Part shown: piece after piece, positions 43,500-55,787 of the stretch
Layout: every line of letters begins with the position of its first letter
Numbering within the stretch: the first letter of the stretch is position 1
Assembly (NCBI GenBank): GCA_951406725.2
Contig: OX597823.1
Coordinates: 91,574,001 to 91,638,000, forward strand
Length of the DNA stretch: 64,000 nucleotides
Source: Octopus vulgaris
Lineage: Eukaryota
Direction: 5' to 3'
Notes under the pieces: model-generated
Databases searched by the model: none
Told to the model about the DNA's origin: nothing
Seen by the model: the letters and a program-made list of their open reading frames with translations, nothing else
Position numbers and translations under genes: made by a program

Positions 43500-44640
43500 T
43501 AAACGCAGGTGTTATTCAAATTCTTTTACTTCCGTCTCATGTTTCAAAGGTATCACAGTTATTATTCCAAAGGAAGAAAATAGTGTAAAACAATGTAATC
43601 TTCTCTTCGGGGAAGTGAAGAAACGAAACTCGTCAATAAAACATTTTAACAGGAAATGATGGATATGTATAGTGATTAACTGAATGTTATTAATATTGTT
43701 TTAAAAAACGTTACAGGATATAACGTCAGAGGTAGCCTATAGAAAGAGGAGGGATAAAGTAAAGAAAAACTAAATAAATAAGAAGTATATGACTATATGT
43801 ATATTAAATAAAACCTTATAGATTAGGAAAAATATATATCTAGTGAATGTGAAATGTAAAAAGAAAATTAATGTTTAAATTATATATTATAATACAAATC
43901 ACTTATATGAACTAAAGGTGTGTTTCTGCCAATGTTTACATTGGTATGCACGCTCTATAACCGTGTTTACAAGGGTTACTTTTAGAAAAAATAAAAATAG
44001 TTCAGAATTACAGAGAAGATAGAATTCCTTGCCTTTGTCATAAGGTATCGAGATTGAGAGAATCAACCAATCTAAATTAAATTGTTTATTATGGTCTCTT
44101 AGATTCCAAATTAATTTACTAAGCCCTGTACTGTTACGTTTATTCCTATCCCTAAATGTAGAGTAATGATTAGAAATTATTTTAGATAGCTGTAAAGACG
44201 TGCTTCCTATATAAAAATATACTTGATTACGAGTAGTAATTTTACAGTGGTATATAGAATTTTTAATTTTAGAGTTACTTGACATAAACTTGATTTTGTT
44301 GTAATTGACTTCAGATACAATAACCTTGTTATTAATAATGCTAGACGGATGGATGGTATTAGCTAAATTAATGTTAGTATTAGTAAATGTATTAATATTT
44401 AACAGGTTGATATTATGTGAAGAGATAATTTTAAAGAAATTTTTAGTGCTGGAAAAAACCAATCCTAACCGTATGTGAGTTGATAATGGAGTAATACCTA
44501 GAATTCTTTGGAAAATTCCTAATAATAGCTTCACAAAACTGCAATAGGAGATTAGATTTAATTTGGCTCCCATATGGAATAATTAACCAAATGGTTTTGC
44601 TACTAGTTATCTTATTTTTAGTGTAATTACATTAAAAATA
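43500..44640 (-). mobile_element. 3' part of a Penelope-like retroelement (Neptune-type) with pLTR
   Basis: GIY-YIG coding remnant, then a decayed HHR on the same strand at 43530-43616 (CCGAAGA gaag..cttt GAAA catg). Confidence 0.8.
43899..44600 (-). pseudogene. PLE GIY-YIG endonuclease domain plus linker, frameshifted
   Basis: IYHCKIT..YIGSTS..NHYSTF..STGLSKLIWNL..WLIL..PY..LCNSE..CKHWQK. The upstream frame KTIWLIIPYG..FPKNSRYYSIINSHTVRIGF joins through a frameshift near 44455. Confidence 0.85.
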
Positions 44641-44662
44641 ATTGTTAACAAGGGAAAAATAC

Positions 44663-44784
<122 letters not shown>

Positions 44785-44788
44785 CATA

Positions 44789-45789
44789 CAGGGTGTCCCC
44801 CCAAAATTTATACACATTTTAAATAATTGTAAAGTAGGTGTTTATTAAAATACATTTCATTTTCAAAATTTTATAGAATCTACAGACATTATTTTCTTGT
44901 TTGTCAACGCCTGTTTTCAAACTGACGTCCGTTCTGGTCCAGGCACTGTTGACAACACGAAGCAATGGAATTGCAAACATCACGAAACAATTCGTTTGGT
45001 ATTTGTGTGCATTCTCGTTCAATGGCTGCTCTCAAATCAGGAACTGTTGCAGGTTTCACAGCTTAGACATTGCCTTTTAGGTATCCCCATAAAAAATAGA
45101 GTACATCCCCATAAAAAAGGTCTAGTGGTGTGAGGTCTGGTGAAAGTAGAGGGTATTCAACGAAACCCCTTAGACCAATCCACCTGTTTGGCAAGATCCC
45201 ATCAAGGAAGGATCTAACATCGCGATGGTAGTAAGGGGGTACCTCATCTTGCTGAAAATAAACTCCTCAATCACTGTTGGAAAGTGTTCAACTTCTACAC
45301 ATCGTTCCAAGTACCACTCGCAATACTGCACTCTTAGGTCTGGATCATCGTCATTAATAGCATGGACTAATCTTGGAACCTAGCATATCTATTAACAACG
45401 ATTCAAAATGCGTTCGACAGACGATTGTGAAATACCTACCTCACGACTCACTTGCGGCACGGATTTTCTTGGACTTCAGTGATACGTTTCCAGCATTCCT
45501 TCTTGCTTTGTTGGGGCTGTTCATGTTCTTGCAACGCTTCTCGTGGACATCTGAACAGTTCCCTCGGCTCCAAGCTTATCTCTAATTCAAGTAATGGTAA
45601 GTCGCTTTGGAGGATCTGTTAGAAACTCCCCAGTAAAATGGCTTTGCACTTGGACTCCGTTTCACACTTCCAGTAGTCTTTTAGAATGAATTTCCTTTGT
45701 TCAAAGCTTTGTCTGACTGCCATCATTAATTCCATTCTGGAATGGAAAAACATCATTAGAGATACCAGCTGCTAAAGTGTGTATACATA
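44789..45789 (-). mobile_element. Internally deleted Tc1/mariner element (rosa/DD41D-like)
   Basis: TA + cagggtgtcc..tatacacattt TIR (other TIR truncated); [60 protein letters not shown]. Confidence 0.8.
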
Positions 45790-46089
45790 AACGTGATTGA
45801 CCAAGCAAAATACTGGGCCAAGCTCAAACGTGACTTGACTATAATTCTGTAACCTCGACGGGCATTAGAAATATCGATTTTTTTCAATTTCCCTTAACTT
45901 TCTTAAACTTGGTTAAAATTGCATATACTTTATATTCATTTATTATAACCTTTTTTGGCTAATTGAGTCACCTTTGACTCTTCTTTCTAGCAACACTGGT
46001 ACTATTTTGTACCCTTGTTTATAAATTTGCTTTGAGTTTTTATTTGCTTATAAGCCGTTTGTATTATTTCAATATTAAAGTATTATTAA

Positions 46090-46277
46090 GGCGGCGAGCT
46101 GGCAGAAAACGTTAGCACGTCTGTCTTTACGTTCGGAGTTCAAATTCTGCCGCGGTCGACTTTCATCCTTTTGGGGTCGATAATTAGGTAGCAGTTGGTA
46201 CTGGGATCGATCTAGTCGACTGGCCCCTCCTCCGTCCTCCAAAATGTCGGGTCTTGTGCCTATAATAGAAAAGAATA
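46090..46277 (+). mobile_element. SINE family A
   Basis: Head, core and tail present, with an internal deletion. Confidence 0.8.
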
Positions 46278-46315
46278 TTAAACTATTATTATTTATAATA
46301 TTATTGATTTATTAA

Positions 46316-46687
46316 TCGTCGTGGCACTCCGTCGGTTACGGCGACGAGGGTTCCAGTTGATCCGATCAACGGAACAGTCTGCTCGTGAAATTAACGTGTA
46401 AGTGGCTGAACACTTCACAGACATGTGTAGCCTTAACTTCGTTCTCGGGGTGATTCAGCGTGATACAAAGTGTAACAAGGCTGGCCCTTTGAAGTACAAG
46501 TACAACAGAAACAGGAAGTAAGAGTGAGAGGAAGTTATGGTGAAAGAGTACAGTAAGGTTCGCCACCACCCCCTGCTAGAGTCTCGTGGAGCTTTAGGTG
46601 TTTTCGCTCAATAAACACTCACAACGCCCGGTCTGGGAATCGAAACCGCGAGTCCGCTAACCCTAATCACTGGGCCATTGCACTTCC
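46316..46687 (-). mobile_element. tRNA-derived SINE family D
   Basis: Reverse complement begins ggaagtgcaatggcccagtg..ggtttcgattccc (A/B box-like) and has a distinct GC-rich body. Confidence 0.65.
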
Positions 46688-46710
46688 ACAATTTATTAAT
46701 AATACTATTA

Positions 46711-46990
46711 TCTACATGTATAAAACATAGGATGTCTGTCTGTGTATTTGTCATGTCGTTAAAACTCGAGATCCACCCAACCGATTTTACTGAAATTTTT
46801 CACATGCTTTACATAGGCTCCATGGAGTGTCAGGGGCCAAAATTCAACTTCTTGCCTAGTGAGGACCCAGGAGCAGATAAACCGCATTTTAAAGCATTTT
46901 CGTAGCGTTAAGGCTCGTAACTTGAAGAGTGCCATCTGGAAAATCCCAGAAAATCTTGTGCCAAACTTTGGCATTGTTAATTATATAAAG
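46711..46990 (+). mobile_element. 5' fragment of a Helitron-like element
   Basis: a|TCtacatgtataaaa..gtctgtctg..aaccgattttactgaaattt start. Confidence 0.45.
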
Positions 46991-47333
46991 AACAGTAGAG
47001 GGCGCCACTGCATTGTACTAAGAATCTAAAAATTGCCATCAGGATACAGAAATAGTTACTGCAACACCTTGGGTTTCAGAGGCCAGCAGCCCTTTAGTAT
47101 CATCCCACAAAGCAGTTTCAAAACAAAACTGGATCTACTTCTGTCAAGACATCAGGATGAATCTTCCTGAAAGTAAAAAAACACAGATGAGGGCAGCAAC
47201 GTCAAACTCCCACATTCACCAAATGTCACACATCAGAGGAGGTTTATTGAAAGTGCACTGAGGTAAACAATGGTGCCCCAGTATGGCCACAAAATGGTAA
47301 AATCAGAACGTTTCATTGTTCATTTATATGAAT

Positions 47334-47722
47334 GGCGCAGGAGTGGCTGTGTGGTAAGTAGCTTGCTTACCATCCACATGGTTCCCGGTTCAATCCCACT
47401 GCGTGGCACCTTGGGCTAGTGTCTTCTACGATAGTCTTAGGCCGACCAAAGCCTTGTGAATGGATTTGGTTGATAGAAACTGAAAGAAGTCCCTCGTATA
47501 TATGTATATATATATGTGCGTGCGTTTGTGTATCTGTGTTTGTTCCCCTACATCGCTTGATAACCGATGTTAGTGTTTTTATGTCCCCGTAACCTAGCGG
47601 TTCGGCCAAAGAGACCGCTAGAATAAGTACTAAGCTTACAAAGAATAAGTCCAGGGATCGATTGCTCAACTAAAGGCAGTGCTCCAACATGTCCACAGTC
47701 AAATGACTAAAACAAATAAAAG

Positions 47723-47725
<3 letters not shown>
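47334..47725 (+). mobile_element. SINE family B
   Basis: Complete head and tail. Confidence 0.85.
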
Positions 47726-47788
<63 letters not shown>

Positions 47789-48001
47789 AGAAAAAGGAGG
47801 CAGTCAGAATTTTGGATAATTCTTTATTAGTGCTTCTTTTGGTTTATCGAACTTCTCAGCACAAAATCAAAATGGTAAAATCGGAACGTTTCGTTGTTCA
47901 TTTATATAAATAGGATGTTTTTTGCTTTGTTTAGAAGAGGAGAATAAAAAAATTTTGGGGGAAAGGGGTTGGGGAAAGAAAGGAAAGGAGGGAAGAAAAC
48001 T

Positions 48002-48041
<40 letters not shown>

Positions 48042-48069
48042 TTCAGGAAAATCAAAAAAGAGGAAAAAT

Positions 48070-48187
48070 AATGAAAGATGGGGAAATGATAGATAGATAA
48101 ATAGATAGGTAGATAGATAGACAGGCAGAAGGCAAACAGACTGATAGACAGATAGTCAGATAGATAGATAGATAGATAGATAGATAA

Positions 48188-48229
<42 letters not shown>

Positions 48230-49945
48230 GTTTCTTTTCAGTTTGATGTGGTCAACCTATTGAAATTTTATTACAAAGCATTTTTCTTTTTTCTATTCTT
48301 TCTTTTCTCTTTTCCCCCTTTTTTCCTTTCTCATTGTTTACCCATCAACCTATTCATAAATAAATGCATTTTCTCACAAGGGTCTTGACCTTTCAAGATG
48401 TCAGTTTCAGGAAGTAGGATGGGAAAGACATGAAAAGAGGGGAGGGTACTGAAAAGTAAAGAAAGAGTTCAAAGTGTTATGAAAATATATATTCCTTTAT
48501 GCTTGTTTAGTCAAATCCCATATTCTGTGTAATTTCCATGTTCTGCCCAAACATTTCTGAATGTGAAACCAATGTTAAAAACGTGATACTCATCTCTATA
48601 AACGATCAGATATACTCGAGAAAGAATACTAGAATCATTTTACCACTGATTAGGAAAAATATATAATGTAGCTAATTGGCAAAGTAATTCGTGAAAAAGA
48701 TCTCTTTTGAATTCTCTTATCCAAGCAAAGAAGAAAAATAAAAATAAATTCTACAAAAGGATGAAAGATAAAAATATATTTAAGCATGTCCTGCTTTGTT
48801 ATATAATTTATATCCTACGGAATGGTTTCCAGTTACGTATACAATATAGAGGTTATTACAAAAATCCCTAATGATGTTTGATTCAATGTACATGGAGAAT
48901 AGACTGAATTATAAAGAGTCATCATCATCATCATCATCATTTAATGCCTGCTTTACACACTGGCATGGGTTGAACGGTTTGACTGAAAACTAGTAAGCCA
49001 GGAAGCTGCACCAGGTTCCGATCTGATTTGGCAAGGTTTCTACAGCTGGATGCCCTTCCTAATGCCAACCACTCCAAGAATGGAGTGGGTGTCTTTTTTA
49101 CGTGTCACCAGCGTGGGTTGCCAGTGACCTGACACCGGTATTGGCCACGACTACGGTCTTTCTTGTCTTGACAGGTCAACACAAGCACGGTATATAGCGA
49201 AAGGCCTTGGTCACCTGTCACTGCCTCCATGAGGCCCAACGCTCAAATGGTGCTTTTTACGTGTCACCAGCACGGGTGCCAGTCAGACAGCACTGGCATC
49301 GGCAACGACTACGATTTCACTCAGTTCAACAAGTACAGCATATCGTCCAATGATTGAAGGGTGCTTTTAACGGGCCAATCACACGACACTGGCTTCGGGC
49401 ACGATTGTGATCTCACTTGGATTGCGGCATCGACTCTCACTTGGCTTGACGGGTCTTCTCAAGTATGGCATATCTCCAGGTACCAAACTCATTCTTTTTT
49501 TTATATTCTGACTGTATTTTCCCAATTTATGAATATTGTACTAATATTTAATGTTTGTTGGTGCAAAACATAGAATTACACAGAATATGGGACTTGACGA
49601 GAGACAAGTAAAGGAATATACGTTTCTATAGAACTTTGAACCCTTTTTATTTGTCAGTGATGACCGCACCCCCACATCTTTTCTTGTCTTTCCCATCCAA
49701 CTTCCTAATATTGACATCCTGAAAGGTCGCAAACCTTGTGAGAAAATGTATTTATTTACAAATAGGTTGATATGTGTACAATAGGAAATGCAAAAAGAGA
49801 AAAAGAGAAGAAAATTTAAGGATAATAAAAGAGAAAATTACTTTGCAGTCAAATTTCAATGGGTTAACCACGTCAAATTGAAAAGAAACCTCTGTCTGTC
49901 TGTCTATTTATCTATCTATCCTTTCCCAACCCTCTCATTGTTTGC
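48070..49945. repeat. Old foldback structure with diverged 400-480-bp inverted arms
   Basis: 48070-48555 is the reverse complement of 49550-49945 (e.g. cccatattctgtgtaatt / aattacacagaatatggg; cattttctcacaagg / ccttgtgagaaaatg). Confidence 0.75.
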
Positions 49946-50242
49946 CTATTAAACTCATTTATTTTCATATTTCATGTTGTTTACTGTTGGTGACGTCTTA
50001 TACACACATATGTATTTATATATATCATATTTATCATTATAGATATAGGGTAAAAATTATTAATTTATAATTAATAAATTTCACCAAGTAGTTTCGGTAT
50101 GAAAAAGAACCATATTCGGTAAAAACTTATACAAGAAGTTTTATATATAATTATAACAATAATTAAGGGTTTATACAACAATTAAGGGTTTAGCAACAAG
50201 TTGGTACGTGGTTAAGCAACTTGTTGTTAAACCCTTAATTAA

Positions 50243-50285
<43 letters not shown>

Positions 50286-50287
50286 CA

Positions 50288-51182
50288 CTATATATATGTG
50301 AGAAATTCTGTCTGTGGGTGTGTTTGTAGAGTTGTTAGCTAACTCATACATCGTTTTATGGATTTTGATGAAACTTAATACGTGAACGGAACTCATGTCT
50401 GGAAACCTCATGGCATACTCAGATTGTTGCAAAAATCGATAATAGGGCCCTGGAAAAAATCCTTATATATCTAATATATTTCATTTTAACATCCAAGGGA
50501 AATAACCCATTCGTCTAGATTTTAATACCCAAAGGATATAACCCATTCATTTTCCTAAATTATTTATTAAAAATGAAATGAATATTCTTATTTCTTAGTA
50601 TTTGAACTGTTAGAGTTATTTTCGCAATTTATCCAGTACAAGCCTTAAACAAGTAGATAGTATTTTCCTAAACAATAGATCCACTTATTTCACTTAGGGA
50701 CTTATTCACGATTATACCAACACTAGCGCTGCTGAGGGTAAAATTCTCTGGGAATGCACAAAAGTCCTTTTCAGAGATATTTACTTTGAATTGTTATTAT
50801 TTCATATCTGATTGGTCTGTTATTACGTAACATGCTTCACGATTTTAGTATACATATCTTATTAGTATTTCCTCTTATGTTCTATATACTCTGGGAATGC
50901 ATTAAAGCCCTTTTCGGGCCTACTTTATTTGAATTCTTACTATCGGGTAACTAATTTCATGTTATTATATAACTGACTTCATAATTTGGGTATTCATATC
51001 TTATTGGGAATTCCTAAAAACAAGATACCGTGTAAGACATTCGGTATTATCTGTAAATGCAGAAAACCCATTTTAAGGGCTACATACTTTGTATTGTTGT
51101 TATTGGATTAACGAAACAATTATGAGAACGGAAACAAAGGATAAGCCCCGCTTTCCCGGGAATTACCGGGTACGACAGCTAA
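50288..51182 (+). mobile_element. Helitron-like non-autonomous element with ~145-bp internal repeats
   Basis: 3' hairpin cccgg-gaatta-ccggg followed by CTAA; internal ctctgggaatgca units at about 50746 and 50890. Confidence 0.5.
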
Positions 51183-51291
51183 TAATTTTATTTGTATCGT
51201 TTTTTTGTCACATGTTTAACTTTCCTTGTTTTTACCCCTCTGCGAGGTAATTTTATTTAATTCCTTCGCAGGAAGGATTAGTTCCACGAGT

Positions 51292-51350
51292 CGTGTTCTG
51301 TCCAACTTTCGAAACACGCTGGAGTTGAACTAGGGACAGCTGATGAAGGG
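51292..51350 (+). ncRNA. Non-circularly permuted hammerhead ribozyme candidate
   Basis: cgtg TT ctgtcc aa cttt c GAAA cacg ctggagttgaacta g ggacag CTGATGA aggg. Confidence 0.7.
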
Positions 51351-52392
51351 GATTTTTCCTTGTGTAGTTTGTCTTGTACTCTGTTTTTTTTTCCGTTTAG
51401 GTCCGTTTCCACGTTTGTTTTTACGTTTTCGTTTCTCGTTGAGTTCTACGTCTATTTGTGGTGTCCTGTACTCACGTATATATACTTATATATGCATGTA
51501 TATATACATGTAGATGTAGGTACGTACATATATGTATGTATGTATGCATATATTTTATTTATTTACCCCTCTGCGAGGTAATTTTATTTAATTCCTTCGC
51601 AGGAAGGACTAGTTCCACGAGTCGTGTTCTGTCCAACCTTCGAAACACGTATATATATTTATATATGCATGTATATATACATGTATATATATATGCATGT
51701 ATATATGCATGTATATATACATGTTTTTACGTTTTCATTTCTCGTTGAGTTCTACGTCTATTTGTGGTGTTCTGTACTCACGTATATATATTTATATATG
51801 CATGTATATATACATGTAGATGTAGGTACGTACATATATGTATGTTAGTAAGCATATATTTTATTTATTACACTATTGTATGACTGAGCGCCCTCGCGTC
51901 GATTCGATTCGTTTTCGTTTCGTTTCATCTCCTCCAAGTAAGTTTTGCTATTTATAATTGTGACGCGAAACTCTACAGCTCTTTGCTTGACCTTCTCTTC
52001 CTTCCCTATCTCCCTCTCTCTCTCACAGCCGCTTGTCTTCCTCTATATCTCTCTCTCACTCCTCCTCATCTCTTTCACAGCCGGGCGAGTTGCTTCCTTT
52101 TGCTGCTGGCATTCTAACAGTGAACACTGTTCTTCTAGCGTTCTTAGAATCTTTCCTCGTGTAGGCCAGCATTAAGGCCCTCATTGTCTGTTTTTTTGTT
52201 TGTTTTATTTCTTGTACTGTATTTTTCGTACTTGTAATTTTATTCTGTACTTTTATTTTTTTCTTATTTTTGTATTTTATTTTGTAATTTTATTTGTATC
52301 GTTTTTTTTCACATGTTTAACTTTCCTTGTTTTTACCCCTCTGCGAGGTAATTTTATTTAATTCCTTCGCAGGAAGGAATAGTTCTACGAGT

Positions 52393-52444
52393 CGTGTTCT
52401 GTCCAACCTTCGAAACACGGATGAAGGGACAGCTGATGAAGGGG
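52393..52444 (+). ncRNA. Non-circularly permuted hammerhead ribozyme candidate (short linker)
   Basis: cgtg TT ctgtcc aa cctt c GAAA cacg gatgaa g ggacag CTGATGA agggg. Confidence 0.65.
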
Positions 52445-52646
52445 ATTTTTCCTTGTGCAGTTTGTCTTGTACTCTGATTTTTTCCGTTTAGGTCCGTTTC
52501 CACGTTTGTTTTTACGTTTTCGTTTCTCGTTGAGTTCTACGTTTATTCGTGGTGTCCTGTACTCACGTATATATATTTATATATGCATGTATATATACAT
52601 GTAGATGTAGGTACGTACATATATGTATGTATGTATGCATATATTT

Positions 52647-52684
<38 letters not shown>

Positions 52685-53238
52685 TCATCATCGTCGTCAT
52701 CATCATCATCAGGTTTCCATGCTGGCATGAGTTGTATATGTATATAAATATATATGTATGTATACAAGCAAGTCTACATATATTGTATCATTATGTTATA
52801 CCCTAGGGCTCCCACTTAATACAAACATTGTTAGCCAATAAGAAAAAGGAAATCATTACAATAGATACCTGTTGAATATGTTTTATTAAAAATGGACAAT
52901 CGAACAATACTTACGTTACTGCACTCACAGTTTCTATAAAACCTGTACGTGCAGATGTACAGAGATACAAATATTCCTAATCAATCTCTCTCTCACACAC
53001 ACACACACACACAGCTGGAATTTGCAAAAAAAAAAAAACAAAAACAAAAGATGAAGACGGGTGTATAAACAACAAAGAGATGTATTAGTTCAATGTTTGG
53101 GGAGTGAGAAAGTCTTTTACGTTTTGAGCCTACGCTCTTCAACAGAAAGGAAGACACACACACATACACACTCATATACATGTGTCTAAATATATAAACA
53201 CACATACACACACATACATACACACTCATATACATGTC

Positions 53239-53269
<31 letters not shown>

Positions 53270-54267
53270 TTATATACATGTGTATGTATATATTAATTTT
53301 CAATGGCAATATATATTCATATATATTGATATAGATATGTTTAATACACACACACATGCATAAACATGTGTGTGTGTGTGTTTATTCATGTATAACCATG
53401 TGTCTATGTTTGTGTATGCATATATCACTTGGTGATATATATGCATATATGCATATATGTACATAGATAAGTTTTCTCCTCACATGCACTTGCAAATATA
53501 TATATATATGTGTGTGTGTATACATATCCATGCATATGTATCTATGTATATTATATGTACATATATATATATATAAAATATATATATATGAATATATATA
53601 CACGCACTCACATATATTTATATATATATGTATATATAAATATATATATATATATATATCAATGCATATGTGTATGTATCTATGTATATACCTATCTATC
53701 TATATATATGTATATGTGTATATGTGTATGGCTATAAACACAACAAATAAATGTAACAGTAAAATTTGAATACGAAGGAGAAGTTAATTATTGATGAAGT
53801 ATTTTTGTCACTTCTGTTCAAAACACAGATTAAAATCTCTAATATTTAGATCATCTCTTTAAATATTCATAATCCACAATTTGCTGTAATTCACCATCAA
53901 GACTATCGCTGTTCCTATTGACAAAAGTTTTGATGTAGGCGCAGGTGTGGCTATGTGGTAGGAAGCTTCCCTCCTAACCACATGGTTCTAGGTTCAGTCC
54001 TAATGCTTGGCATCTTGGGTAAGTGTTTTTACTATAGCCTTGGACTGACCATAGACTTGTGAGTGGATTTGGTAGACCAAAACTGAAAGAAGCCCATCAT
54101 ATGTATATATATGTACACAAACACACACACACACACACATATACATACACACACTCACACACACACGCATATATAGGGAGAATTCACAAAAAAAAAACAA
54201 AAGACGAAGACAGGTGGTGTAGACACCAAACAGATGTATTAGTATAACGCTCGGAAATTGAAAAAGT

Positions 54268-54303
54268 CTTTAACGTTTCGAGCCTACGCTCTTCTACAGA
54301 AAG
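54268..54303 (-). ncRNA. Minimal hammerhead variant (U at core position 6)
   Basis: Reverse complement: cttt CTGTAGA a gagc gtag gctc GAAA cg TT aaag. Confidence 0.6.
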
Positions 54304-55133
54304 GAACACAGAAGAAACAAGGAGAGAAAATAAAAATGTGTAGCGACTATGTATGTATATATGTACACATGTATGTATGTGTATACATGTATGTATGTAT
54401 GTATGTATGTATGTATGTATGTATGTATGTATGTATGTATGTATGTTTTATGTATTTATTTATGTGTGTGTGTCTCAAGACTATTGAAAAGTTTGCAAGA
54501 CGCAACGAAAATTGTGTGTTACAATATAAGGCATAAAAAGAAGATGACTCTCCCCAGGCACCTCATCATCATCATCATCATCGTTTAACGTCCGCTTTCC
54601 ATGCTAGCATGGGTTGGACGATTTGACTGAGGACCGGCGAACCAGATGGCTGCACCAGGCTCCAATCTTGACCTGGCAGAGCTTCTACAGCTGGATGCCC
54701 TTCCTAACGCCAACCTCTCCGAGAGTGTAGTGGGTACTTTTACGTGCCATCGGCACGGGGCCAGTCAGGCGGTACTGGCAACGACCTCGCTCGAATGCTT
54801 TTTCCCGCGCCACCGGCACAAGTGCCAATAAGGCGACGCTTGTAACGATCACGCTGGATGGTGCCTTTTACGTGCCACCGGCATGGAAGCCAGTCAGCCG
54901 CTCTGGCAATGATCACGCTCGGATGGTGCTCTTAGCACCCCACTAGCACGGGGCACAAGTGCCAGTAAGGCGACGCTGGTAACAATCACACTCGAATGGT
55001 GCCTTTTACGTACCATTGGCACAGGTCACATGTGCCGCTCTGTCAACGATCACACTCGGATGGTGCTCTTTGCGCCGCACTAGCACAGATGCCAGTTATT
55101 GAATTTGATTACACACGCACGCACGCACACACA

Positions 55134-55205
<72 letters not shown>

Positions 55206-55207
55206 CA

Positions 55208-55747
55208 CACAAGAGTGAGTAAAATAATAATGCCATTTTCTTTAGGACAGGTATAATTACCAACACACGAACATGTATCATACGTCAAAATGAAGCTGGT
55301 CCTCTGCGGATCACAACCCTACTTCTCAACATAGTCACCGTTTCTCTCAATAACAATGTTCCACATTCGAATGAGAGCATGTATCCCTGCCCTGTAGAAT
55401 TCTGTTGACTGTACTTTGAGCCACTTCTTCACTACAGTTTTCACTTCCTATCATCTCTTTGGTCCCATGAAAGAGATTTGAGAGGTAAACATTATTCCAG
55501 TGATGGGGAAGTGAAAACTGTAGTGAAGAAGTGGCTCAAAGAACAGTCAACAGAATTTTACGGGGCAGGGATACATGCTCTCATTTGAAGGTGGAACATT
55601 GCTATCGAGAGAAACGGTGACTATGTTGAGGGGTAGGGATGTGGTCCAGATAGGACCAGCTTCATTTTGATGTATGATACATGTTGCTGTGTTGGTAATT
55701 ATTCCTGGCCTAAACAAAATGTCATTACTTTTTGACCCACCCTCATA
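55208..55747. mobile_element. Mariner-derived foldback MITE made of two 3' ends
   Basis: 240-bp inverted arms 55208-55447 / 55508-55747 encode the transposase C-terminus (EVKTVVKKWLKEQSTEFY.AGIHALI*RWNIAIERNGDYVE). Confidence 0.85.
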
Positions 55748-55748
55748 T

Positions 55749-55787
<39 letters not shown>

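Larger units (their letters stand above)
51183..52650 (+). mobile_element. Retrozyme-like non-coding element: ~370-bp direct repeats carrying permuted hammerheads
   Basis: Repeat 1 about 51183-51560, rearranged partial copy 51562-51870, unique middle 51871-52280, repeat 2 about 52283-52650; no credible ORF. Confidence 0.7.

Noticed and set aside
47334-47410. tRNA-like sequences at SINE heads
   Set aside because: They continue into SINE bodies and do not form complete cloverleaves.
54700-55080. Regularly spaced repeats resembling a CRISPR array
   Set aside because: The intervening segments are themselves homologous; these are internal tandem units of SINE-like family C, with no cas genes and a eukaryotic context.
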